From Trichoplax sp. H2 (lineage: Eukaryota), in assembly GCA_003344405.1 (NCBI GenBank), contig NOWV01000011.1, positions 744,001 through 808,000 of the forward strand: a DNA stretch of 64,000 nucleotides, given 5' to 3'. Each line of letters opens with the position of its first letter. The first letter of the stretch is position 1. Under the pieces are notes generated by a model that ran no database searches, was not told the origin of the DNA, and worked only from the letters and a program-made list of their open reading frames with translations. The position numbers and the translations under genes were made by a program. Positions 12,436-26,026 of this stretch are shown here, piece after piece.

Positions 12436-15309
12436 AGTTGTGTCTTGTAGAGATTGATGCAGTTGTTCAGGTATATAGCAGTTTGCTACATTAACAAAGT
12501 CACTACTAATTTTTTAAAGTACTTATACGGGTATGGCATGATATGCTATCTTTAAAATGTAAAGTTGGAAGGCTTACTGTGTCACCATACAGTTGTTATA
12601 TACTCTAAACAGCAACTAACACATATCTGGAACCAACTCATACGGCGTAATACTAAGCTATAGCTGTGATATTTAGATTGTAAAGCGAACGAAACAGTAG
12701 GCAATAGAAAATCGTAGCACTATAATAAAAATTATCATCTTGACATAATGTACGGCACTCAAATAAGCTAACGAACTCTACTTACGGTAGAGAGTATCGA
12801 AACAGCACGTCACCGATAAACACTACAGTACTCGTATATTATTAAAATTAAGTAAGCTGCTATAGAAAATTTTAATGATTAAATATGACGATATTACTGT
12901 TATGATGCTAAGTACATACCTGATTTCTTCATAGTATTTAAGCTACGTAGTACTAAAATAAGTAAGTAAGTAAACTCCTATTGATGACAATGGAGTACTG
13001 TAACAGTCACTAAAACCGGACATCATGCTATACGAATTGAGCCAGCTATTAGTAGTATGCCTCTAGTAGTATAGCTTTATTATTGTATATTTAAATGAGC
13101 ACTATTTATTATTCAGTACTGTAATACTTACTCTTAGCCATACTGTCCACCATAATGTAATTAAGTAAGTACTGTATAACACTTATAGAGAGTTTCCGCA
13201 AGCACAGTTTACAGTATATCTTTGGCTATTTCTAAATCTGCAAAGAACCTTACATTTGTCACTGCAAATCTTTATTGGTACCATTATACCCGTATATCCA
13301 AACACTTTACAAAATCAACTTCAAAATGCCATATTAAAATTATTTGATAAGCTACAACTTGTGGGATCTATGCGTAGCACATTACTATGGTAGCTAGCAC
13401 GATAGCTAGCAAACGGGATAAACTATTGTGGCACAGTTCACTGCTTGTATAAATGCGCTCTCTTTCATTATACCATTGCATGCACAGCCACCACATAGTA
13501 TATATCTTGAAGATGCTTTAATGTTATGTAGGATAGAGGTTTATAACATACTAATTTCTAGCTAAACTCTAATAATTATATTATAATTGATATCCCGTGT
13601 ACGGATATCACTGAATGGAGCTGAGTTGGGTTGTAGTGTTATTTTCCCTTAGTTGATTAACATAACGAACTGATTGTATCTACGATTAGTAAGTAACATA
13701 AATAATAAATTGGATCATTTACATTACATTAAAGCGGCATACGGAGATTTACTGTAATATTTGTACTGCACAGTGTACTATTCTTAAAATATTACCATCA
13801 GCTATGAAAATTAAGTCGTAGACTAGTTAAGGTTCAATTTTGTGATTGCACTAATATCAAACTAAGCGGTAAAATATTTATGCTGCGCAAGTCTAGTCAT
13901 TGCAGTTAACATAGACTGATATTTTACTGTATTCGATTAGTTATAATATCTAGCGAAAATGCTATATACATGATCGGAAACGCAATAAGTCTAACTATTT
14001 GCGGTCCATATGATACGTAGTTGCAGTATTTACATTTCTTCCCTGTCATCTAAATTTATGCTTATATTAGAAAATAAACGTTTTAGAATGAAAAATTTAT
14101 TCTTTGGATAACTTTAATCATTAATTATAGTAAAAATGCCATTAAATATTTTAATTGGTCGTACTCTGAATTAAAATATTCATAGAATTGCAAAAATAAA
14201 AATACAAGCAGTTTCACAACGTAGTGGTTCACTGATATCCATATTGAAATTAAAGTTTGTCATTACTGATATATATGAACCAAAATAGTTGAATTAGCCA
14301 GAAGCAAATACTCCTTTAGATATAGTCGTATCAAAATAGATACCTATTTTCCTTAAGATTGCTGGTACTTATTTTTTGGTGATTTACAGGTTTGCATTTA
14401 GGGTAAAAGATCTTACCATACACATTAAAATTACTTTCACCTTTTTGGTGCAGTCAAGTTTAATTTAGATTTAAATTTTCTTTTTTCATGCTTCATATCA
14501 TTGGATATCCAGTAATTATCCTGTGATGCTAATTACCTACTGATAAAAATTACTGTCATGGCTATGACTTACATAGCAGTTAAAGTACCTCTGATTATAG
14601 TAAATACAGATATTTTTGCTGAATCTAAAGTTCAAATATTTAAAAATATTTTTAATTTCACTTAAATCGGTAATTAATTTCTATCCGATACTTTGGGTTC
14701 AGATAGCGATCAGAAAAGTGAAACCACTCTACCAGTCTAACGTCTTTTATAATTTTAATAAATTGTTACACATGAGCCTTATAAACAGCTCCTCTTCCCA
14801 CGAAGCGAATTTAACAGCCACAATGTCGCTGCTGCTGTGCTATTAGTTTGGAGCTGAATAGCGTAAAGATATTTTTGTAATAAGAGTATGAGTGCAAGAT
14901 GACAAGATGACGAGAATTAAACCATAACAACTATAAATTTACAAAAGATTTATTAAGTTAATGTAGCATTAGCAAGTTTTAATTATGTAGGAGAAAAGAA
15001 CGATTTACGAGTAACTTTCTCAGATTTCAAGAGATAATTCGAGGCACTACCTAAGGCCCAAAATTAAAAAAATTGGCAATGTTGAATCGGTTATTCATTA
15101 AAGAATTTTTTAGCCATTAATTTGAACCGAGAACATTTTTAAACTTTGACACAGTATTTTAGTATCAAAAATATAAACTGTTGTCTTACGCAAGATTAAC
15201 TAAGAATACATAATTGGAAACTATTCAATTAAAAGGCGTTATGAAATTTGAAGCATTTATGAAAACTTAATTTATAAGCGATCAGACAGAAAGTCCAAGC
15301 ATTTTTAGA

Positions 15310-15875
15310 TGCAAGGAGATGATCGTATGAGCAAAATGATACCCTTAAGTAATCGTGATGATTTTGTAACCCCTTCTAACTGTTACTATTAAAGTACACG
15401 CTGCACGAAACGAGTCGACGGTGGAGCATTTTTTAGAGTCATCATTTTAGGTTTGGAAAGTCGATAACCCGTCCAATTGGGTGAGCACTCACCAGGTGGA
15501 ACATTATTATAGAAACTCCTACGAAAAGTTGTGCGGCGCGCGTTATCGGTTGATAGCGATTCGATTAGAGTTCACGCAAATCCAAGATCTGAGCGAAAGT
15601 CGCAAAATGCCAGATGAGCTTTAGTCGTAGAATCGTAGAGTGTATAATATCCATTCTTTGTCGCAGGATACTCGCTTCTAATTTCAATGCATGTTATTGG
15701 TTTCGACTATATTTCCTAAAAGAAAGTATCGTATATAATTGTAACAGAAGACGATCTTACTTTCGGGATAAGTGACCATGTAGCAGCTAGTTATGATTCA
15801 TGTATTTACCTTTAAACTTGTTAGTGATAGTATTACGAACATTATCAGTTAGCTTGAGACCATGTATTTAATCAT
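15310..15875 (-). pseudogene. Family copy 4 (subfamily A), 3'-truncated pseudogene
   Basis: Signal exon has an in-frame TAA. Exon 2 reads EI*SKPITCIEIRSEYPATKNGYYTLYDS...AFCDFRSDLGFA*TLIES. Homology ends just after DYLRVSFC. Confidence 0.85.
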
Positions 15876-16870
15876 TCTTGCTAATATCTGATCAAATAAA
15901 TGATAAGAACTCAACTGTATGCAAACTAAAAGTGCCTAAGAATAGCAACTGACAGGAGTAAATCCAAACTTCACGGGTAAGGTCTGCAGACTCTGTACTC
16001 TTTATATCTATTCGTATTGCTGCTATAATGAATTCAAAGGAATTCAGCGAAAATTGAAATATGTCAATCATTGATAGAGTATAAATAAAATTTTCATTGC
16101 AAATAGTAATAAAGTTGGCAATATCGTAAATAAGAATGAAATGTTGAAATAATGACTCATTAGATGACCGCTTCATATTTCTGTTTAGAATGTTCAATGA
16201 TATTAAACTATGAAAGTCAGTTTCCTACTATAAAATTAATATTAAAAATGGGGTTTGTCAAAAGTCATTTCTAGCGCTAACGTCGAACACATATATCTCT
16301 AGCAATCTATAGATATGACCGCACTAAAATTACGAGCTTTTTGAAAGTGATGTGAATACAACATTTAGTTGCTTATACGAGTTTAAATCAGTCGCTATAA
16401 ATTACTAGGTCTGGACTCGCTAATAACTGCGCCGACAGTCAGGTTGCAATTTTGATGATCTTATAATATAGAGTAAACTAACACAGCAATATGAACGATG
16501 TTAATAAAGTACGCCACGCTTGCTTCATGGGCTGGCAATTATCATATCGGTGAATTTTATTCCAGTAAATCTCTAGGATGTATTAAAAGTCTTTACGATA
16601 ACATTTAAATTTTAAAAGCGATGTATAATTCTCGCGGCGTAGATAGGTTTACTCGGCTATATTACAAGAGTTATGAGATTCTACGAAATAATAATTATAA
16701 TCCTATTTATGACACAGTAATCCAGATGATGTACTTTATAAATAATTGTTATATATAGCTTCAAGCCTTAACATTGTCGAGATTTTGTTGCTAGACATTA
16801 AAGTATACAAATCTATAACTGCGAGTATGCATGTTGAGAAATTTAGGTAAATAAGACTTGGAGACGTACC

Positions 16871-17108
16871 GCGAAAATTTTTTAAATTGGCATCTGCATA
16901 CATACATACATATATGCAGATACATAATTTGAAGGTCTAATATTCATAAACCAAATGAAATACTGCAATCGATAGTTTGTTTGCCTAAATTAAATACGGC
17001 GGAAATTTTTTAAACTTGCATTTGCCTACATACATATAACCTCATAATTTGATAGTCTAATATTAATAAACCAAATGAAAGCCTGCAATCGTTATTTCAT
17101 TTGACTAA
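16871..17108. repeat. Direct duplication, ~110-120 bp, 2 copies
   Basis: gc(g)aaattttttaaa...cataatttga..gtctaatatt.ataaaccaaatgaaa..ctgcaatcg at ~16871 and ~16999. Confidence 0.8.
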
Positions 17109-18486
17109 GATGGTCAGAGTGCTGCACATATGCTTTACAGCTAAAATATTATTCAGTGATATCTGATTCTTGTAATTTATGAGTTCTATCCCCTTTTGTC
17201 GCGTAGTGCTTTACTTCATGCTATTATCACACTCCCACAATGTACAGCTACCATAATTTAATTAGCTGAGACCACCTGCTCAGAATATAGTTTTGCTGAA
17301 TTTAAATTAATAAGGTTATTTCATTTGAAGTAAATATTATGAGAAATAAGCTTTTACATCAAGCTAGATGGCGTACACTTGTGTAAAGGCAGTATGATGA
17401 AATACTTAGTGGCTTACGTGATTATATATTAGCGTAAATTATGGTATTGTTTGCTTAATTAACGTAGACATTAGATCAGCGATTACTGTGCTATAGTACC
17501 TGGGAAGATAAGGGTAGTTAACAGTAGTATTAAAAAGGTTAGTTATCGTTAAATATGACGGTCTGTTGTGGTATATTCGATTATTGTAAAAGTACATGTA
17601 GATACTATTGCCTAGTGAGCTAATTACGGTAGGAATTGAATGTAGATTGTAAAGCATATATTAACTCATATTCGCTTAGTAATTTAAAATAATTTAAATT
17701 ATTACATAGGCTTTTAACTAAAATTAAGAAATATACATAAATTATTCTAATTTATGTTTCGGAATGCTGTCTGCTTTTATTTGCTAACTCAATTATAATT
17801 CTGAAAGTTGGTTTTGCTGTAACGCGCATCTTTGTGTCAAAGTACTCCATACAGATTTACTTCGGCTTCTCAATTTAGCAGTTGAAAATGACTAAGGTAA
17901 ACGGTGTTCAATTTGCGATTTAGTCTAAATATTTGATGTTTCAACCCATTTATTTCAGATAAAGTATTTGCTCAGAAGACCAGATTTATAAGCTGTGTTA
18001 TTATACTATAACAATGAAGACTGATATGATATATGCCGTTAATGCGATAGCATATGGTTTAAGGTCGATAAAATAACTGCAGCAACAGTTTTAATTACAG
18101 CATGATGGTAACTACTGGTATAAATTTCTGTTTTACTGCGAGTGCCTATTTTCGTCTTAAATCGCGGTCGGAATTTTGTTCAAAACTTTAATCAATTGTA
18201 TTTTATTGTATAACTTACCATAAAGTAGCAGTCAGTAAATTAACGCCAATCGCTGTTAGATCCTGCATGTTTAATGCATACGAACATTGAATAGCTATAG
18301 TAGTATACAGTACATCACTAACAATACTATAATAATTATGCGATGAATAAATAGATTTCACATCTTTTCGGTATTGGTTTCGTTTTTGATAAAATATTAA
18401 ATTTATTCTTGCTTACAAATATTGAACTGCCTATATCTTCCATTCTTACAGCTACTTGCGATCAATGACTATTTATTGTAACTTAT

Positions 18487-19082
18487 TGTGACGGAGTACA
18501 GACTCCGTCAATTAATTGTAGTGTTAGTTTTAGTAATTAGTAATTAAGATTTTATTAATTGTTAATAACCTTTATTAATTAGGTATTAGATAATTATAAC
18601 GTTGTTATACTTGTTGTAAACTCTGTGCAGAGTAGTGTATTTACAGAGGTGACAACCAATATTCACACATAGTAATTTCTGTTACTTTGTGCCGAGCCTT
18701 TGATTGTTAATTGGCTCTTAATTAGTTTGTAACTCATTAGTGTTGTTTACGCCGTCTGTCATACTAAACCATATAGACAGTCGGCTATACAAAAGCTATA
18801 TATTTTTAGAGTTATTTATCTAAGCTGTGCACCGAGTGCAACCGAGCTAGGGTATATAAAGCCCGGTGCTCTCATTAGCTATAGAGTTGACGATTGTCCG
18901 TGTAGTGTACGCGTGTAGTTAGAGTAGTCTTGGATGTCAAGACTACCTTGGTTTAATAAACTATTTCCAAAGGCCTAAGTCTAGTCTACACTTAGCCCGT
19001 TGGGGCATACTTGGCTGTTGTAGCCTTAGTATTCGTACAGATCGAAAGACCCAGGTTTCCTTGTCGTGGGCTGAACGTGACA
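18487..19082 (+). mobile_element. Solo LTR (596 bp) with 5-bp target-site duplication CTTAT
   Basis: TGTGAC...GTGACA termini. CTTAT at 18482-18486 and 19083-19087. TATA box GGTATATAAAG at ~18851 and AATAAA at ~18955. More GC-rich than the flanks. Confidence 0.85.
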
Positions 19083-20141
19083 CTTATAGGTTCATGATGA
19101 TGTCTTGACGTAATTTCCTCTGACTTGTTCTATTAGGTTGATAAATTATATTACATATATCATAATTTGTATACTTATATCAATTTATTCTCCATGACCT
19201 GCTGTAGCCTCAAATTATGCTAGAAATCGCATGAAACCTATAGTAAATTTTCATGTTTATTGAGCAGGAAGCAAGAATAATATTCATGCGAAAGCTGACT
19301 AGCAATCGTAGTTATCAACTGAAATTCTATGACTTTTTTCCCATTTTCCTAATTTCACTGTGTAATGTTGAAGTTCCATCTTTTTAACATTAAATATCCT
19401 GGAGAAATATTATAAAAGAGGCTTAATTAGAGAGCACCTTGGACTGATTTTGGTTAATGTACGAGGGCTCGTCTTGATGTTTATAAATTTTTAATCTAAA
19501 ATTACTTACATCGAAACTTTAGGTACATTGGAGACCTACGTCAGACCGTATGTGAATTTTTAATCACTGTAACAGAGACTGATCTAATTATGGTATTAAT
19601 AAGAAAAGATTTTTACAAAAATTTGCTATTTTTACCTATATCTATTTTCTTGAAAGATTTGATAACCTGCATTGCTACGATGAATGAGTGAACATAGGTA
19701 CACGAATATATCACTGAGATTCTAGATTTACTAAATCATTATTTATAATTAGTATAGCTACGCTATGGATAATAATAAATATGAATAATTGATCTAAAAT
19801 ATTATAGAATTATAAGTTTATTATTCACTATATATACTTCCGATTCCTTTGTGACAAAATTCTTTATTTACATGATTTGCGTACCGCACATCATAAAGTG
19901 TTTAATCTTTCAAGATAATTTTTCAAAGTTATTTATTAGCCATACAAGAAAAAATTGAAGAAAATTAACATTACAATTAATTTTCTGCTTGAATTTGCAT
20001 AATTCTATGTTGACAATATAGATGATATTGATTGTTTGCGTTATCAGATATATTTTTAAGATTAAATCATCAATAATGTGGTTAAAGGAGTAAATACACG
20101 TGCATGGTTATTACGAATAATCATTATATGTAGACAAAGAA

Positions 20142-20988
20142 TCAATCGAAGTAACCTCCACCAATCCACCAATTTGTTGTTGACGTACTATTTGCAGTAC
20201 AAGAGAATTTTATATTGACGTTGTGATAAAATCCGAAGGCATCTTCATTTGTAATCATTTCAGGGACAGTAAATCTTGCACATGAAGATTTGGATGTTGG
20301 GAGATGTATAAATAAATGATAGGCATTCGAGCTATAAAATGGAATACTACATTTAGTACATGAATGGCCCCGAACATTAATATAATCTACGATAGCGCAA
20401 GTCCAGACATTTCTGGTACTCAGAAGGTAATTATATGCACATAGTGAAACTCTTAGGTAATCGTCACGATTCTGTAATCCTTTCTGGCTTTGGCCGTTGA
20501 AGTTACACGTAGCGCGAAAATGAGTTGACGATGCAGAGCTCTTTATTGCTGTCATTTTGGATTTTGAAAGGCGATAGCCTGTCCAATTAGGTGTACATTC
20601 ATTTGACGGAACATTAAAACTAAAACTTTTACGAAATTTCGAACTACGTGCGCTTGTTGTTGAAAGTGATTCAATTAGTGTCCATGCAAATCCAGGATCC
20701 GATTGAAAATCACAAAAGGCTATATAGGGTTTATTTGTTGAATCATAGAGTGTAAAATATCCATTCTCCGTGATACGATATTTGCTTCTTATGGCGACGC
20801 ATGTTGTCGGCTTCGATGAAATTTCCTAAAAGTATAGATAAGGATTGTAATCATAATGCTTTGATTTAAGTAAAATTACATCATAAATAATTAATATAAT
20901 ATAATCAAATATACTCAAATACCTCTAGTTTTGCCAGTGGCAGCATCATTAATAACATTAGGTAAATGGAGACGATTTTTTTAGTCAT
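20142..20988 (-). CDS. Family copy 5 (subfamily A), intact, 249 aa; exons 20988-20923 and 20825-20142
   Basis: MTKKIVSIYLMLLMMLPLAKLE | EISSKPTTCVAIRSKYRITENGYFTLYDSTNKPYIAFCDFQSDPGFAWTLIES..., in frame with ORF 20142..20555. Exon 2 is 684 nt, as in copies 1 and 11. Confidence 0.9.
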
Positions 20989-23900
20989 TCTTACAAATAG
21001 TTGCATAAGAAACGCCTTAGGGACTAGAAAATAAATGCGTAAGGGTACGTAAACAGATAACTTCCAAAGAGCAAAAATGTTGAGCTAAATTTAAGATCTT
21101 GATCCTTTTATATGCTCGTAGTGCTGTTATAAATTCAGGTAAACTTGTAAGAATAACAAGCATGCCAATCAATGATAAAATACAGTATAAATAAATTATT
21201 GTACTTCAATCAATTTCAAAGTAATAACATGAATAGTGAGGATTCAAAGTTGAGATAGTGACTCATTTCAGTAACCGTGCAAAAAGTTTTTGTTCAAATA
21301 ATATGCATATCATTATTGCAGACTTCGAAGATAAGATTTATATTAGGTACTTGAGTGGATTTAGTGCTCAAATTGGTATAAAATCTACGATTTGTAATGA
21401 ATTATTTCTAACAACTGCTAAACTGATCGAAATATGCGTGCAGACTAAAGATTACTGGAATCTTTCCGGACTTGTTGTCAATTAGTTAATTGGGTATCAT
21501 TTTCCGCATTGCACCTGTAAATATGCCGATAATACAGAAACAGCTAATCTATTTTCGATCATGCTTAGCAATTACAAATCATTAGTCTGCAATTTTATTA
21601 AATAACAATACTACATTTCCCTGGCTACACGTATCCAACCGGGTAGCGATTCTGGTAAATTATGTCAATTATCTGTCCTACCAATACTTTTCATCAGCTA
21701 ACATTTTCTGTTCATGATTTCTAAACAGTAGAAATATCTGTCATATTATAGAAAAATTGTTTGTTTTAATAAATAAATCTTAATGTTTAATGGTCAGTTA
21801 CTAGTACATATATAGTAATATAATTTAGTAAGTGTTGCTGTACAGATTCTGTTAGTACTGTAGTTTATTATAAGAAATTTTTAGGCATTAATTGTCTGAA
21901 CTCTGGAATAAGTGTTATTTTGATGACGAAATCTTTAAAATTATTCTAGAAATATTATTGGTTAATAATGTCGATATATTTTTGGTACCACCAATAACTC
22001 TATGTAGCTTTCGAGAGGTGGAGTAATTTTTTGGACTGAAAGTGGGTTTATTTTCAGTATATTGACCGTTATCGAAGACTAACTGATCTATAATCTATGT
22101 AGATTACAATATCTCTAGAAGGTAACTCTATTTATCAACTAGACGAAGCAGATATTTGAAGCTAATTTTTAAAATGTAATAAATCCTAGTTATTAAATAA
22201 AATTAAGCATGTTATCTCTAAATTTTAACGTCGTTGCTTATAGTAGAAATCTTAGGCTAATTTTATACTTATCTCAATCTAGCTAGAGCTAGTATATCAA
22301 TTTGGAAAGAGTAAAGTACGAGTACGATGAATTTGATCTTTTTTAATTAGAACTGTTCAAATCTTTCCTGAAGCTTGAAGATAATGAGTAGAAAATATCA
22401 TTTGGTACTTTCTATAAGCTTGCAAAGTTTTAACGATTTTTTTAAAGAATATGACTAGTTTATCAATTAGGCCAAGAATAGATAAAATAACGGTCACTTA
22501 CACGTATGAATAAATACTCTCGGCTTGTCCCTAGATTCCTCAAATTTGGAAATTTATAATTGCATAGCAACTTAAACATATCAATTTACACATAATGTTT
22601 TATGTTTTTGGAGAGAAGATAGCAAAGTTAGATGGCTTGGGCACCGTAAATCTACCCTGTACTCGCAGTTGTTTTGAATACTGCATTTCGATTTTAAGGC
22701 ATTAAATTTGAGTTCAATAGTCTGTTATATTTAGATTGACCTAGCGTAACTTGTAGATTAAAAATATGAAGCCACTTTATTTACTTAGGTTACAGATCAA
22801 AAACGAATAAATACATTGGTTGAGACGGTTAAAAAAATAATTTATTGTTACCAAAAGCTATTTCGAAAGAAAATTACAGATTACTTTTCCCGATACCTAA
22901 TAAGATTAACATAAGTTATTTTATTATTTTTATGCGGTAGGGAAGCCGCCGTATATGCTAGCTTTTTAAACTGAATGATAAGCATTTCAATGTTAATTAA
23001 CTAAATGCTATTTTGGTGCACAAGTTATAAAATCAATTATAAGGATATTTTATATTAATCGCTCCGGAGTAGGACTAGATTTATTACGGTCACCTTGTAT
23101 AGCAACTGAAATTCTATAAAGTAATTCGAGATATGAGAAAAGTTATATATTGAAGGCCTTTTACGTATTAAAGCATTTAAAGAGGACAGTTAAACCAATT
23201 TAGTTATTTAGTCGTACTTTTTTTCGATTCTATCTAGTATATATCTTCTTTCTAACTTGTGCAAAGCCTGAAGTAAGCTACAAAATTAATAAAATTTTTT
23301 TGCCTTACTTATCAATTTCTTTGGTTTATTTATATCAAGGATTGATAAGATCATCAAAAGATGAGAATGCATAAGATATATTATTAGCGATAACTCATGG
23401 CTATATGAAATATCGCCAAAGCGCTGAGATTGCCTTTCCAATATAATTACTTTCTCGTATATAATTATTACCGGTTAGCTGTTGCTAGCTTTTTTGTAGC
23501 AGAGGTGCTAAGAAACTAGTATTTAGCTTAAGCGACTGAATCTAGAAACCCATGTTAAAATACTGGCACTGTATTCTATCATATTATTCTAAACATATAC
23601 CGTCCGTAAAAAATATGTAGAAAATACCAAGTATACGATAAAAGCAATTAGGTTGGTAAAGATTGCTTAATTTAGTTAATAAAACAAGTATATACCGCAA
23701 AGTTAAATGTTAAAATGACCTATAGTGTAAGACTTTATGGAAATAATAAAGCCTAAAGAGAGCATGCCAGTTTACTAATAGCAACTCAAATTGCTACTAT
23801 ATTCGAAGAGTAGTGTTTAATATCTACTATATGAACATTATAGATTATAAAAATTTATGCAATAACTTTAAATTCAAAACTGTCGTATGTCAAAGAGATG

Positions 23901-25019
23901 GTACAACCAATGAAATAGAAATATAATCAATCTGATCTATTTGTATAAAATTCGTATTAGTACTGTTATGTAATTAAACCGAAGCATCGTTTTAAAGTTG
24001 TATAATGAAACAAATTCATCGTCGTATAATACGTAATAACTATCTAAATATCAGAAATATTTAGCTCTGATAACCTTTTGTAGAAATGTCACGATACGTA
24101 TGGATAGCAAACCGCGAACAATGAGTATTAATCTAGGCAATTTTTATAGCTGTAATTTTATTACTTTGATGTTCTAATTCATAATTACAGACTGTAAAGC
24201 AAGCAATTGATGAATTTAAAGTCTTATTTACTTGCATGCAACGTAGAGTTGAACAGGCGGAACGAGTTGTCTTATTAGTTTTTAATATATGAATAAAAGT
24301 ATTTAATAGTGCCATACTTTATGGAAACAGCAAAGCTTTAAAGCGGCATGAAGATAGTTGCGAATCAATTAATTTAAACTACTTCTCAATAAATCCTTTT
24401 ATAGCTTACTAGATTTACTGATAGTGGCTTTAAGAACTTTTATACTCGAAAGAGTATTATCAATGTCCACTATCACAACTTTTGCAAGTTATTTAAATTT
24501 ATATCACAGCGATAAATGCAAACAGCTACATTTCAAGGAGTAGCTAGAATTAAACAGGACGTATGGAACGAATTGCAATCGATTTGATCTATTTTTTAAT
24601 TTTTTTTATGAATCAGCGTATTATTCAAAGGCTACATAGGCGTTCTGTTAGTATTGTTATGTAAATAAACCAAAGCCTCATTTTAAAGATGCCAATAATA
24701 TAAATTTATTTTAGCATAAATACGATGTATGACAGTTACTTAAGTATAAAACTTATGGAAAATCACTTTGTCCTACTATACTTTTATAACACGTACGCAA
24801 ATAATTTTTTTTATTTAATTAAGGTGGGGAATATTTCATATAGATTCAAGTAGCCGATGACATAGATACGAGTTGTAATTTGGCGCTAAATAATAGATCT
24901 CCTTTTTATTCTTTATATTTAAGCAATTAGCTATTAGTATAAATTCAGGATGAAATTTCAGGTACTTTATCATAGTCAGAGCGAGATATTTTGCTTCTAT
25001 TAACAGTTGACTTGAGTAT

Positions 25020-26026
25020 TAGAGCAACACAAAATCTATTAATTTTAAGCTTCGTTGCAGCCATCACAGTCACGATAGGAAAGTTAGTTCGTAATTGAGG
25101 TTGATGTATTGCATGAATCAAAACTACCTTTATATATTCAATTTAACCCAGCGGGGCCATCTAAGTCAATTGAACTACAGAAATAAAGAAATATTTTAAT
25201 TATATATCTCGACATAAGTCTAAAAAACTGACTCATAGTTTTCATAATCATATTAGTAATAGCAAACTGAGTGAAGTAATCCTTACACATTATAGTTTAG
25301 CATGTTGAAGATACTACTTTTTCTTGTTCTTGCAGCTATATTACCTTTGGTAGAGCTAGTTGTAAGTTAGATATTTCTCGTTTCAATCTCATATTATATC
25401 AAGCTCGCGAAAATGTTATTATACTCTATATGATCTGGATTGAAAATCCGTTTAGTAGCTATTCAGATTTTGAATCTGAGCCACCTTTCGTTTGGACGTT
25501 AATAGAATCGCTATCATTTAAGAATTATAAGGATGTAACGTATCATAGAGGATTTCCTGTGGATGCCCCATTTAGTGAATGCAATTCATCGTGGGCCTTA
25601 TTTCGCTTAAGTGCTGCTAAAATGAGTTCTATTATAGCTGCATATGGATCAGTACATTTTCCCGCAATATGCAATTTTAATCCAAATATAGGAACAAGAT
25701 TAAAAAATCGTCGTGATTATTCAAGATAATCAGCTTGTAAGAAGCGTAATACTCTTGGCAATCAGTGGAATCAGTACATTGAAGTAGGCTATATCAAGAA
25801 AAGTTCATGCGTAAGGTGCAAGATACCATTCTATAGCTCTTCAGATGCTCATGTCCATCTGTATGTCACTGTAGTACCAAACCATTGCGTCACTTTCAAA
25901 GTTAATGGCATTACCCATCATGAAGACGTTTTCGGTCATTACGGAGCTCGTCCGTCTGGCTTCTCTTGCCTAGCCAATTACAATTCAACTACTAATTGGT
26001 AGATTGATGGCATTTACGTTGAATGA
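25020..26026 (+). pseudogene. Family copy 6 (subfamily B), pseudogene
   Basis: Degenerate signal exon near 25020-25082 with no clear ATG. ORF 25430..25729 has SDFESEPPFVWTLIES and AICNF, then a premature TAA. Downstream reads EDVFGHY...STTNW*IDGIYVE*. Confidence 0.85.

Noticed and set aside
13185-13500. Cys-containing reading frames on the minus strand
   Set aside because: Short, interrupted by stops, and no domain I can support.
20142-20180. Terminal WWIGGGYF resembling intelectin HHCIGGGGYF
   Set aside because: Short Gly-rich match in only one paralogue, lacking the surrounding intelectin Cys/His residues; not enough to call these true intelectins.
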